From NCBI GenBank assembly GCA_030295235.1, contig AP026162.1, positions 1,054,001 through 1,118,000 on the forward strand: a stretch of DNA of 64,000 bases, read 5' to 3'. A program made the translations under genes and the position numbers. Below the pieces are notes generated by a model that was not told where the DNA came from, searched no databases, and saw nothing but the letters and a program-made list of their open reading frames with translations. This stretch comes from Fistulifera solaris (taxonomy: Eukaryota). Below are positions 25,041 through 40,543 of the stretch, in pieces (the stretch's first letter is position 1; the number at the start of each line of letters is the position of its first letter).

Positions 25041-25570
25041 GGTCGTTTCAATGTTAAAAAAGCCTCAATTGCAACTACTGCCGGAAAAGCTGGATTACGC
25101 GCTGCTTTCGGGTTAGAATTGCCTTTAGAAATACAGAAATAGCAATAGAAGCTCTTGTTTGTATGTATTAATAATGGACAAGACGAAGGCGACGAGAATG
25201 ACGACGATGATGATTCATTTCAACGCGTTGTTCGCTCCCGCCTCGTCTCGTCCGCCGTCCGCCGTCTGTTGTTCGCTGCAATTTTTTTGTCCTTTTTGTC
25301 CGGGAGCGACCGACGAACGAACGGAAGAGTGACGTCGCATGCATGTCGCATCGAGCATTCCGTAAAGCAACAGTTTACAGGACAGTCGACCTCGCACCGC
25401 GTTTCCCAAGATCTTCACTTCACTTGCGTTCGGCGGAAAAGATCTTTTGGATTTCTTCTCCATCCAACTCAAACCTTCAACAAACGTCGACAAAAACGAG
25501 AAGCGCAACAAAACAACACCAAAGTTCATTCCACATTCGCAGGATCGTTATCTTACTTTTTCATTAAAAC

Positions 25571-27307
<1,737 letters not shown>

Positions 27308-27364
27308 TACTCTACTTATTAGTTAAATTGTCAGTAACCAATTTAGATAAAATGTTCAAATTTT

Positions 27365-29316
27365 CTAAAGCAGATCAACCTTTTTCTTGTCAGCTTCTTT
27401 ACGGTGCGCAAGGTAATGCTCCAGCAATCTGCCCGTCGAAGCGTCGAAGCCTTGCACGGAAGCACCCGTTTTCCGCGAGTTGCTTATTTGAGATCGCACC
27501 TTCTTTGAAAAGGCAATGCCGAGATCAGCACCATATCTATCAAAGCTGTTAATGCCCCAAATGAACCCCTGTATCACTGTCCGATGTTCGTACATAGCAA
27601 TCAACTGCCCAGTCGCGTAGGCATCCAGGCGTGTCATAAGGAGACTGCTGCTGGGCCGATTGCCCGGACATGCTTGATGTTCCCTCAGCTTTTCTGATAC
27701 ACCTTCTTGAATAATTTCGACGACGGTCTTTCCGGTGGCGAGAGCATCAGGCTGTGCGAAAAAGTGGGACATGAGTTCATCATGATGAGACAGTGCCTCT
27801 CCTGGTACGTCAATGTGCTGCTGTGGTTCCATAAAGCCAATAAAGTCTACTGGCATTTCACGCCCTTGGTGTAATAGCTGTATCCACGAATGCTGTATAG
27901 TAGGTCCTACTTCTCCAAGATTGATTTCACCCGTCGGATGGAGTAAAAGCGTTCCATCCAACGCAACCCTCTTTCCGTTGCTCTCCATATCCAGTTTTTG
28001 TACGTAAGCGGGGAAGTCACGAAGCGCTCTCGTATACGGCACAACGGCACGGCACGAGTAACCAAGAAAGGTCGAGTTCCAAACGCCAAGCAGTCCCAAG
28101 AGCACAGGTATGTTGTCGTAGAGTGGTGCGTTGAAAAATGTTCGTCCATGTCATGTGCGCCCTTGAGGAAATCGCACATCACAGGGTAAGAGAAATGAAG
28201 CGAGAGAGGAAGTAAGCCCACCGGGGAACATAATGAGAATCTTCCGCAAATAGCCAAGTAAGGAAATGTATTTTCTTTGCTGATTCCGAACTGACGAGAG
28301 CGAATGGGGTTATCCGTGACAGCAAACATTTGCGTTGCCGACGCGTTGGTCTCTGTGGCACCTTTCGTCCCTTCCTCTTTCTTCAAACTTTCCACAAGCC
28401 ACGACCTTGCAGTTCGGGCATTCAAAATAGTCTCAGCGTCCGTAAAAGTCTTGCTGATAACCACGACAATCGTCGTGCTTGGGTTCAAGTCCGATGTCGC
28501 TTGATGAAAATCCACAGGATCCATCGTGGCTACAAACCTTAATTTTCGGCCTTTGCTGGCTTCAAAGGCCGCTGGATCCATTTGTAGAGCCGATGCCACA
28601 CAGTTGGTCCCGAAATAGGTGCCACCCGAAACTCCGATGCATAGAACCGAATCAAAAGGCTTTCCCGATACTGAACGCTTTGTCCCACTTCGAATGTCGT
28701 CCGTGACCTGTTGAATAATCTTTCGCACTGTATGAATAAACTTCAGCAAGGAAGGGCCATCCTTCAAATGCTGCTTAAGGCTTGTGGGAGAGACGGCTTC
28801 TGCAGTGGCATGAGTCTCTGTCGGAGGAGTGCGCGATCGACTTCGATGAGTAGAACGTTCGGGACGCGGAAGATCCTCATTGTATGGTCCTTGCAGACCG
28901 ATAGGGTAATTTTCCGGAAGTCTCAGAACGTGATGCAGAACCGGAGAATCTTCCGTCGTATTTATTTTTACTCCTGTCTTCATTGCTTCCCTCCGTTCCG
29001 TCATTTTCACCGCATCGGCTAGATCGAAAAGTAACTCCATCGTTTCACCGGTGACACGCTGTCGGCTATAATCTAGAATGACAGTTCGTGGTTTTATGCC
29101 CGCGTAAGAAGACAAAGCCGGTGCAGTCCGATGAATGGTGACTAAGCCAGTGCAGCGGGCTGAGTTTTTGCACAAGTTTCGAAGGTGCAATTTGTCGTCT
29201 GTGTAAAACCGTTCAGCATGAGCGAGCAGCGCATCAAATTGCGGTAGATCGGTGCACTTTAGGACCCACGATGTTGAAGGCGCCGAGCCATTGCCGGCAT
29301 TGTGTCGCATGCTCAT
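27365..29316 (-). CDS. Divergent GPI paralogue with altered active-site motifs; frameshift ~28135
   Basis: DYSRQRV, SKTFTDAET, DMESNGK, HDELMSHFFAQPDALA and GNRPS are present, but FDRYGADLGI replaces [10 protein letters not shown]. Confidence 0.9.
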
Positions 29317-29743
29317 CGTTTTAATGCTTTAAAAATGAAAAGATGTTACCAGGTATGGACGATGTACCTGGTACTTATAACCAACGCCAAAAATTGCGTT
29401 TATTATACTGTATCCGTGGCGCGATCGCGAAAAGCGTGTAGATTCAATCATGACTGAAACGGCAATCGTGACAGGGACTAACGATCCGCAAGTATTATCT
29501 ACAAAACCAAGCGACACGTACATGCGCGCCGTGCATCTTGTGTTCTTGTTTTTCAGTAAAAATTGTCTGGCATCATATTCGACTTCGAAGATATCAGTAA
29601 CGCGTAAAACGACAACGGCGTGATGATATAATATAAGGATAAAGAAAGCAATCTCTATCGTTTGTGTTAGCTTAGCCTCAAGGATACTCTACAAATTCAT
29701 AGGTCGTGCAAACACCTCAAGCTGCAACAAATCGCGTCACAAA

Positions 29744-31276
29744 TCAATCGATCTTTCTCTTGCGTGTCGTCTTTCTGCTTTTGCTTTTGGGTGCGGACTT
29801 TCGAGCCGAGGGATTTTCATCCTCCATCACTACTTGATCTGTGTTCTCTTCACCCATGGGCACCGTTTGGTGCAGTAGATCGCACACCACATCAACCTGG
29901 TCCGACACTAGCACCCCCATTTCCTGGAAATTATAAAAAGCAAGCTCACGAGTCAACGCGGCACCCACGAGAGCCGGTCGAGTAGCGGATGGCACGTTTT
30001 GAAGCCTCTTTGATCGAAGGAGAAAATGGTTTCTGAAAAACAAATGGTGAACGGGGTCAGGTAGATCCCAATCGTAGATGATCTCTAAGTATCGTTTTCG
30101 TTTCAGCAGCCGTTCCAAGAATTTGAATTCGGGTCGGCGTGATCTGGGTAGCCGAGGATCTCAAACTTCTGCAATCCCTCGTGTCTTTCCACAGCATGAA
30201 AAAGATCCTTCCAGCGGCTGCCCCACTGATGTTCATGGACCATAAATGAAAACTTTTTAAGATTCTTGTTGTTACGAACAGCACGAGCCAACGCCTTTCC
30301 GCAACGAGTAGTAATGCACTCGTTGCCTTTATCCATCACTGACGATTCTAATTCTTCCAAATGACCTAATTGAGCCACTCGATTAAGAAATGACAGCATG
30401 AAACGTTTTGGATACCTATCATCCTCTGAACCGATTTCGATGCGGATGGCTTTGGGGACGATCTCTGCGTTCTCCAGATTGATCAGCTCGACTTCTCTGT
30501 CGAAAAATATAGAAAGCCCAACGCTTCTAATCGGCGCAGCAAGAAGCTTGGGAATTAATTGATGCGGTAAATCTGGGATGTCGAGGTACTCGAACAAATG
30601 CAAATGATCGAAAAGACGTTGTAGGACATGATTTTCCAGTTTTGTATATGGCAGCGAGAGAGATCCAAAGCATGTCGTGCGGGTCACCAGATGCTCTACG
30701 AATGCTTGACTATCCAGCGAGCATCAACTGTCAAATTTATCGGAAACGGCCGTGTTGCTAGAGCAGCTGAAAGGAATTCGTTGGCTCTTGATTCGAGAAA
30801 GAACTTATGTGATGATGCCGGTCCAAAGAATACAGCAAGTCGCTCCGACCGGTCAGCGTCAAAGTTCAATTTGTCATTGAACGTAATACCAAGCCATGGT
30901 TCACGTTCTTCATAATAAAATACATGGTCTTCCTTGGGAGTTAGCAAAGTCCCAAAGAATACAGCCGTATCAACAATCGCATCGTCTGAATCACCATGGA
31001 TGTCGACAGAGACACGAGATCGAAGTTGAAGACATTTTTGAAAACGAGTAGTGACTTTTTCCTCCAAAACTCCAACCAAGGCGTTGTTTGCATCCAAATG
31101 GCGCTATTTTTGTATTGCTTCAACTCTTCGAGCGTCTTTGGTGCTTTCAACAGCTTGTACGTCGGCAGTTCTTCGTCTCTCCATGTCTTTGCAATCTGAT
31201 GCGGCTCAAGCTGCGAGCGAGGAATCAGCTCCAATAATGAATCTGTGTTATTTTCGAAAGAAAGGGGCATCGACAT
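29744..31276 (-). CDS. Diatom lineage-expanded hypothetical protein (RNI/LRR-like C-half); three frame breaks
   Basis: Four consecutive minus-strand ORFs (LLELIPRSQL..YKLL; KALARAVRNNKNLKK; LLKRKRYL..RPALVGAAL). The family resemblance is from recall only. Confidence 0.55.
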
Positions 31277-32723
31277 GTTGATGAATATTAGTTGTGTGCT
31301 ATTCCCGCTCCTTTTGTTGTTGAGGGGCAAACGATTTTGTGCGTGCTGTGCGATCGCAAAAAAAGAAGGCACATCAACATCACGCAGGCAGCAGGCAGGC
31401 GAAAATGTCATTCGTCTAGCCGTCGTACGTTCGATTAAAGTACATGACAATATGGATTATGCACTTTGAGAACGATGCGCACGTTTTCTGACTTTATGTA
31501 AAGCGAAATCTCCAAACGCTGTAAAGATCATACTATTGATTGAGGTATTATGGTTCAGCAAATAGGAGGGATAGCGGGCTTTTAACTCCGAAATAGATAT
31601 TCATGACTGAAATTCAGTCGTGATGAAGTTAATGTATGTTGTATGTACACTTGGGGATATAATAAATATTAGTGTGAGAATGTTCCGCGGTATACCTCTC
31701 GCCGCCATCTATCCTCGCGTGCCGTGTAAAAAAAAGCTAAAAATTATTGCACGGTGAAAAGACAAACAGAAACTACCAATCATGCAAACGAATGAAGGCT
31801 ACCATGGTAGGTAGGCAGCAGTCCGGCTCGGCCGAACATGGGTGACTCTTGACTGAGACTCAGTCGTGGAAAAAGTAACATACATGTCAACCTATAGTAA
31901 TCAGAGACAATTATCCATAATGTACTATCAGGTACCGGTAAGCCACAAGCTTTACTGTACTATTGTAAGAGGTAAGAGGAACATGTAAGGAGCTAAGGTT
32001 ATAAGGGTTTGCGAGATCAAAAACAATCAAGTAGGATCTTCTTGTTTACAGAATGAACAAATTGATTAAGGTCCTCTTTGGTGAGCGTTGATTCGCATTG
32101 TGGATTGGAGAATCTTGTTGCAGACTGTAGTGTTGTTGTGAAGAATTTTTGACGTCAAATGACAAACGCAACTGAATCTTACAAAGGAGCCTATACTCCA
32201 ACCGTCCCATTTGCTTGCAATCAAGGAACGTAGATGCTCTTTGTCTCTTTTTATTGGCTTAATTTTCAAAGCTGAATCATAGTTTCTTGTTCATATATCT
32301 CCGTACAAATTCCTGATTTTCGCCTAGCTCACAATCTCGTCAATAAACGCCATCCAATTACTTGTTGACCTTAGATCCACTAAATCTTCGACTAGTTCTC
32401 CTAAAGAACATCGCGTGATTTACTAATCAAGATTCTTTTTCTTTCATCGGCCACGAACTATCTCAACTTATGATGTCAATGATTTACATTATAGTAGCCC
32501 ACAACTCGAACAACTCATGCGGATCAAGGACGCAAAGACTCTGGCAGCATCGATTTGTAAGACACCTAGTACTATTGTCCTTTCCTGAATAAACAGTTAA
32601 ATAAAAACCTAATTCGAATAAGGCCTAGGTTACCGAACGCGGGTAGTTCTCGCGAGTAAGAGAATGCAAAAAAATTGCCATGTGTGACACGGAAGCAAAG
32701 CCTGATAGTCGACTCAAAGCCCA

Positions 32724-33406
<683 letters not shown>

Positions 33407-34093
33407 TTATCGTAACTATCTGTGTAGTGAGTCCTATTTGAGGATGAGAGGATAGTGTTTAATACTTTCGTCGAGGCTTTGTTTGAGCCATGAGGAAGAT
33501 GCAGGAAGATGCAAGGCGAAAGCAGCAGCGGCGTAGCTGCGTACCAGTAGCTGCCACGCGACTTTCAATACGGCGGAACGCATTATTTTTTCCTCCTCCC
33601 TCCACCTGTACTTTTCGTACTTACACTCAAAACTCAACGGACAAAATGGCACAATGACCCTTTGCATGAACCCGGATGAGACTTAGTCGTGGCTAAGTTA
33701 GGTCGTGGATCAATAAAAAACGGAAGATGGTGAAAGTGGGCAAGAAAAACGAAGGATTTGATTTGTAGTATCATGAACAATCCCTGTAGCTCAAAGGATA
33801 GCCTATCTCTTTTGATCTAGAACTCAAAGATAGAGGAAAGTTTGCGGTGCTTAAGTCTACTCGAAACTACTACTTAGTGTTGCCGTAGTTAGTTATTTAC
33901 GGGCGGAGGCCAGGCTAAATAACAAAATTCAGTTTCACACCGCATTTTTTTTCGTTGCGAGTTTCGACACAGATGAGTGTAAATGGCAAATGGCGTAAAG
34001 CAAAGTTTGTGATACCATTTTGATGAGCAATATAATCAACTTTCTTTAATAACCCTCGCTGAAAGAACACTTTGAAGAGAGTGACCGAAAAAG

Positions 34094-35232
34094 ATGCCAT
34101 CCGTCATCGAAACAATCTTTCTTTTCTTTTCAATAATAACATTACTTGACGCCCGTCGTCTGGAATTTGAGGAGCGACGCGTTTCGTTCGGAAAATGGGG
34201 CTTGACGGATATCAAAGACACAGTACATGGTGCTTGCAGTGTATTTAGAAGGCTTGGTAGAAAGGATGTTTTTGAATCGACGTTGTCAGCGTCTGTGACT
34301 GGCTCTATAGGTCTTTCTCATTCGCATATCAATCGAGGTCAAAAAAAGTTTGGTGTAGAGAGTCTTTTCGAAAGATCCCTATGGCAATAAGAAACAAAAT
34401 GCCAATATTTTCAGAATCACGAGGCTATCAGATATCGGTCGAAACGTTCAGTACACCTGATGCCGAAAGCTCTATCGCAGTGGAAGAACGTCTTCGGCAT
34501 ATAACAGAGCCACTCATTCCTGAAGACGTTTGGGAAACAATGACGGGTCAGGAGTTTCAACAACACCCCGAAACTCTTGATCAACTTGCAAAAACAGGGG
34601 CATGGTTGGCAGAGAATGACGAGGTAAACGAATGGGTGGATTGGAAAGTATTTGGATCATTAGGGTCATTAGAGAAGGGTGATATTCAGGTATGGACGGG
34701 GAAAGCTAAGAAAGAAGGACACGGAAGCGAAGTTCCTTTCATTAAATCACGATCCATACTGCCCATGCCGCCTGAAGAGGTTGTAGAGCTTCTAATGGAC
34801 TCGGAAAGAGTGAAAACATACAATCAATGGAGTCAAGGTCGAACAGACTGTTGGATAGCACCCGCGGAGGAAGGGAGCCAAAAACAAACCAAAATCGTGA
34901 AAAGCACAACTCAACCGCCTTTGGGCGCAAAGCCGGTGGTGTCCGTTACGTTACTTCATGCTCGACCATGGGGATCCGACGGCGGGTGGATCGTTGTGAG
35001 TCGTTCACCAGGAGGCAACGCCTACTTTGATGCGGATGACTCGCTCACGAGTCGTTCTGATATTTTATTGGGAGTTAACTTGCTATCGCCACTGGATGAA
35101 GAATCGTGTATCTTGACATCTCTTACGCATGTGTATTCTCCCGCGATTCCCGCGATGCTCGCGGAAAGATTGGGAGCGAGGAGTGCTATCAACTTTGCTA
35201 TCGACGTGCGCAACTCAAAGGTTCCCGCTTAG
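34094..35232 (+). CDS. START/SRPBCC lipid-binding domain protein with signal peptide; frame break ~34340-34380
   Basis: START-like IKSRSILPMPPEEVVELLMDSERVKTYN..WIVVSRS..LGVNLLSPL..LTSLTHV. The upstream ORF has a signal-like N-terminus. Confidence 0.65.
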
Positions 35233-35306
35233 ACCTGCCGATTCTTAACATGATAGTAATATCGAAAGTGAAATAATGTCGGGGTCGATTCTTCTTCGTC
35301 TATGAA

Positions 35307-36966
35307 TTACGATAAATTCATTGCTTCGCCATCTTGTTCGACTGCCCGTTTCCTTTGGTGCTTGCGACGCCACTTTCGGTTCGTCTGACATATTTCGCCT
35401 TCCATTTGCTGTTTCAATTTCTCAACTGTCATTCTTCCGTAGCGAGTATGCGAGAATGCTTGAGCTGTCACAGCTACTGATCTTTCGCTGATGCATCGAA
35501 TCGAAACTTCAATTTGAAAGTGTCCTTCGAATGGTAGCAAACTTCTCCGTTGCTCTGGTGAAAAGTGATCATGTACGATTTGTTGCAGTCTAGGTGGAAG
35601 TGTGTCATCTCCAAACCAAGCGGATGAGTTTAGAGCTTCATGTTGCTCTTCGATGATTGCAATATTTCGTTCCGCATTCCATCGGATCATGAGCTGTCGC
35701 CCCTGTACTCCTCCTTCGCAATAAGCTTGCACCCGCGATGCAATTTCGCTTATTTGCTGCTGATTGTTGAGGTTCAAGCCGCCGACGTCGACATTGAACG
35801 ACCAGAAGTCCGTATGAGCTAACGGAGATCGAATATGAGGCCGAAGAAAGGTCCAGGCCAAGAACCAACGGGTCATGTGACCTGGACCAAACTCGGTACT
35901 TTGAACGTGCGAAAAACCCAAGAGTTGTTCAAGAGCGTTCTTGAGCGTTGTCCAGGATGATTTTTTGCCGATCATCGACGAGCACCATTTAGGGGGCGGG
36001 ACTGATGCTGGTGCGCCAGCATTCGCAAATGACAACAAGCTTGATAAATACGCTCGAATACTGTCGCACAAGATATCCAAAACAAATCCCATTTCACCTC
36101 CCGGATAACTTCCTTCTGACACCGTCATGGCAGTTCGGTGTCGTCCATCGGCTCGCATTTGCGACATTTCACTGGGATTTTCGCTATCATAAAACGGAGG
36201 GTTGGTTATGCAGACATCAACTAATCGCGCTTCTGGAGGTAAATGGGCTAAACTACATTGAAGGGGTCCACAGTGATCGCGTGCCTGATCCATTGAGACC
36301 TGCACGATGTGCACAAAGGGAGTCAATTCTGGGTTTCCCTGAGCGTTCTGCCGGGCTAAATCTACCGATTCAGGATCGATTTCCGTCGCAAAAAAAAGCT
36401 CGCAGATACGGTTTGTGTCGGTGATGGCCCTGCTGATGGCTGGCGGCAAACAAGAGAGGATAAATGCAACTAGCCCCGGTCCCTATATCAAGCATGATTC
36501 CCGAGAGTTGATCTTGCATACTCATAAAGGGTGAAGTACGATAGCTGACTGGTACAAGGAGCGGTAATAACTCCGTTTGAATCCACCGAATGTAAAAGAA
36601 ACGATTAGGAACTGGAGGGCAGAGATGGTTAACCGGAATTCTCGGGAGTGACACGTGAAAGTGAACGTGCAACAAAGCTTTTGTCAGTGCAGCACTGAAA
36701 GAATGAGTCAAAGAAGCAACTAGCGAAGTGCTCTCTCCTCTTTGTTTGGCATTTCTTCTAGCGTTTTCCACCTCTTTCCAGGCTTTTCGGAAATCTGGAA
36801 ACTGGCTCGCAAGTTCTTCGAAATCGGGCGTAACTAGAGAGTTGAACAAAACACCGAAGTAGCCACAAGAGCAAGTGGCTGGTCGGCTACAAAGACACGC
36901 TTGCGGACCTTCCGTTACACTGGGAGGAGAAGCACGCCCTCGCTTCCTGCAATGAGATGACTCCAT
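35307..36966 (-). CDS. METTL16: METTL16/RlmF-family RNA m6A methyltransferase; frame breaks ~36390-36450
   Basis: PDFEELA, HLCPPVPNRFFYIRW, LDIGTGASCIYPLL, NPPFY, GGEMGFV, SMIGKK and TRWFLAWTF. Confidence 0.88.
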
Positions 36967-37249
36967 TCCCTGTCTGTCGACTCTCGTGAACGATGCCACA
37001 CAAATCGTCGTCTGTGCGCGCTCAAGGTCTTCTCCCTCGTTTGCGCAGCTTTTCGGAAACGTTCCAGTCTGCTTCAATGCATCTACTCTCGATGACTGCA
37101 ATACTGAGTAACTGTGAAGTGCTTGTAAGGCTTACCAGGTAAACAAAGAAGCAACGGAACCCAGCATTTACAGCTTAGCCATCGTAAATCCATTTTTCAG
37201 CGGTCAGCGCGTTTTATCATGTTTTCGTCCCTTGTTGAAAAATGTTTCT

Positions 37250-37803
37250 ATACTCCGTATATTTTCTGTTCATACAGAAATTCGGTGGTGGTCCAGAGAA
37301 TCTGGACCAGTTCTTTCGATCCTACCGAAATGCTGTGCGCGCTATGGAAAGTCAGAAGATGGTGTTGGGAATCATAGCGACACGATGTGCACGTTCCCGA
37401 TATTCTGGAAACTTTGTTTTTTTGGATCATAACGAAAGAAACTACATATTCCAGAAATTCTGGAAATGTTACTCTGTATAATTTCTGTTCATACAGAAAT
37501 TCTGGTGGTGGTCCAGAAAATCTGGACCAGTTCTTTCGATCCTACCGGAATGCTGTGCGCGCTATGGCGCTATGGAAAGTCAGAGGACGGTGTTGGGAAT
37601 CATAGCGACACAATGTGCACGCTCCAGAAATTCTGGAAACTTTGTTTTTTTGGATCACAACGAAAGAAACTGCAAATTCCAGAAATTCTGGAAATGTTAC
37701 TCCGTATAATTTCTGTTCATACAGAAATTCGGTGGTGGTCCAGAAAATCTGGACCAGTTCTTTCGATCCTACCGAAATGCTGTGCGCGCTACGGAAATTC
37801 AGG
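37250..37803. repeat. Palindrome-rich tandem repeat, 220/228-bp unit, ~2.5 copies; diverged inverted relative of the 41.3-42.8 kb array
   Basis: TACTCYGTAT anchors at ~37250, 37470 and 37698. Dyads TTCCAGAAATTCTGGAA and TGGTCCAGA-aaa-TCTGGACCA. Confidence 0.92.
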
Positions 37804-38255
37804 GCACGGTGTTGCTTACAGCATATATTATGGCTTAGATTCATGATGTTTGTAATTTAGTTCAAATTGGCATTGTTCGTGTTTAATGAGCTGGTGGATT
37901 ATATCGACACATTGGCAAGTCAACAAGTTGCATCTTTTCAGCCGACAACACTCTCGGATTCTGTACTAAACTTACGACCCAAAGTGTTCTGCTTAGACAT
38001 TTGAGACTAGATTCCAGTCATGAGACGTGCACGAGTGCATGCAGTTAACGGTGCACCTTTCTTTCTTCCTGCTTCCTGCGGGCAGATTTCTTCCTGCGGG
38101 CAGACAGACGTTAGATCTTCTGAGCCTCGTTTTATTGTTTTTTTACTTACCAGGTAACGAACTGCGGGTCGTAGCTTTTAACAAATAAATAATTGCTTGA
38201 CGTTCATAGGAAACAACAACCTTCTCCGTGGCCTCCCTAATACTCTGGTTTCATT

Positions 38256-39182
38256 ATGCGGCTTTTCTCACGGAAATTGCTTTTTATCTTGCTGACATCG
38301 AATGCTTTGATTCATTGTATCGCTTCCACCGAAGAAGCTACGATCGACCTCGACGGTATAGCCACCGAGTCCTTGTCGGATGCAAACCCTGAAGTACCGG
38401 ATACAACAGCAACAGATGTCGATTCCCAAGAATCGAAAGCAGAAGCTACGCAACAAGATTCAAACGAAGAAAAGCCCGAAGAGCTGCCTCTTCAGTCAGG
38501 CCCATTCATTGATCTGTTTGGGCCTGTTCTCCTTTCGCTCGAAATGCTGGACGAAAAACATGCCCAATTAGCACCACAATTAACCAACGACGCTTTGAAA
38601 GGAAAAAAGGTTGTCGGTCTTTACTTCAGTGCAGACTGGTGCGGTCCGTGTCGTCAATTTACTCCGGAGTTAAATTCCTTTTACAGTAAGATGAACAAAA
38701 GGAGAGGTCGAAAAGACGAGTTTGAAATCGTTTGGATATCAAGATGTCGTGATACAAACTCGTACGGCCAATACTTTACGCAGATGGGTGGCTGGTTGGC
38801 CTTACCGCCCGAAGAAGCCATGGGGCAGCGCGGTGCGTGGTTGGGAGAGAAATTCAAAGTCAAGTCCATTCCCACTCTGGTTCTGTTAGACGACCTAGGA
38901 GTAAGTGTTTGTTGTTGAATGTACTGCTGTGAAACGAAAGGTCAATATATCATCTCATTTCATCCTTCTTAGAATGTTATCACACTAGATGGCCGCAACA
39001 AAATCCCACAAGACAAGGCTGGTATCGGATTTCCCTGGCGCAATCCCATTGCATCTCTTTACATAGCGTTGGTTCCTCGCACTTTGAGATTGATGATGAA
39101 ATCACAGATCATTGACGTGAAAGATAGGCTTTTGGGTCAGCTTGGGCGTATCTTACGACCAGGGCGTGCTAAAGTGGCTTAA
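38256..39182 (+). CDS. Nucleoredoxin/tryparedoxin-like thioredoxin with signal peptide; intron 38901-38972
   Basis: GLYFSADWCGPCRQFTPEL, FEIVWIS and VKSIPTLVLL. Exon 2 reads NVITLDGR..GFPW. Confidence 0.9.
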
Positions 39183-39248
39183 GAAAGCTGCCGTTTGTAA
39201 TAAAGCTAGCATAATGATTGTCTACAATCGGTAAATAATATGTTAATT

Positions 39249-40543
39249 TTAATCGCTATCACCGTCGTTTAAGATGCCAAGTCGCTCGTAGATATCGCCA
39301 ATCATTTTGTATTGATCCAAAATCTCCAGTAAATCTCTTTTCCGTTCCTCATGGTCGCCATCCAGGAAAAGCGGATCCCCTCGAGCTGGTAAAACGACCT
39401 TAAAACGGTCCGCGTAACTTTGTACAAGCGACACTGCAGACTCTATCTGCCGACCGATGCCTCCTTTGTTGGTAGATATATACCCTCTACAATCCAAAGC
39501 CGGACCTGCTCCCCCAATGCCCATGTTTTCTTCGATGCGTGTATCTTCCACGGGGATGGTGTAACCGGAGAAGCATAGGTTCTGTGACGGAAATAGATAC
39601 GACATTGAACCAAAACTGTGCCCAGGAGTATACACAGCGACGATGTCCATAGAATCTTCCTTCAATCGAATGTCTTCCGGAGAAAACAAATCATTTTCGT
39701 TCAAATCTGCCTCTTGTTCCGCCTCCGTTTGTCCACTGAGGATGTCCTCGGCGAGATCGTCATCCCACTCCTCCACCGTCAGTGGTCGGCCCAACTCAGT
39801 AAAACTGGCATTGAAATAAGCTTCATTACCGATTGCATCCTTCAATCCAAAAGGTCCATATCCGTCGAAAATCTGTGTTACAAACGGCCGGCACTCACGT
39901 GGAATATCAAGTCGATATGCCACAACTTCCAGATCAGGTAGTGCCTCTTTCCAAAGCTTTAAATCGGACCGTCTTGCCGAATATATTGCAGGCGCACTAT
40001 CATAGTGGATAGCATCACGGTTCGTAATCAGCGCCAGAGCTAAGATCGATTCTTTTCCCAAGAATCGTTGTATTTGACCCAACAGTTGAGGAGAGTAGGG
40101 AGGAATGTCAATCATAGCATATCTTGCCGCGTGTACACTTCTGTCAGCTTCGCCTTCCTTTTTAGTTTTCGGTAAAGGAGATAACGGAACTAGGTATCGA
40201 ACAGGCTCAAAGGAGCCTGTGCGGACGGCAGTCGTCACCAGTTGCGCAACCCCCGTCAAGCCTTTGATCGGCACTACTTCCGTGACAAAACGATCTTTCG
40301 CCGAATTTTCAATTTCATCACTAACTGACACTCCTGTATTCGGTATTTGAAAGTCGCCTCTCTGTTCGGTCTCGTCGGCGTTGCTAGGTTCGGCAAAAGG
40401 CCATGTGACTTGAACGTTCGCGGCCAACTCCCGAAGCGTCAGCGAAGTTATTGGACCTTTTGTGGGGCGATTGTGAATGAGAATGCATTATCGATCAACT
40501 TCAGGACGAGTAGAAAGTGAATTGAGGCTGTTTTTATGTGCAT
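39249..40543 (-). CDS. Metallo-beta-lactamase-fold-like protein, probable plastid leader; frameshift ~40460
   Basis: YTPGHSFGSMSYLF..FSG and VLPARG. The leader MHIKTASIHFLLVLKLIDNAFS-FT was read manually from ATG 40543. Confidence 0.6.

Noticed and set aside
38070..38105. CTTCCTGCGGGCAGA duplicated
   Set aside because: Trivial local slippage.
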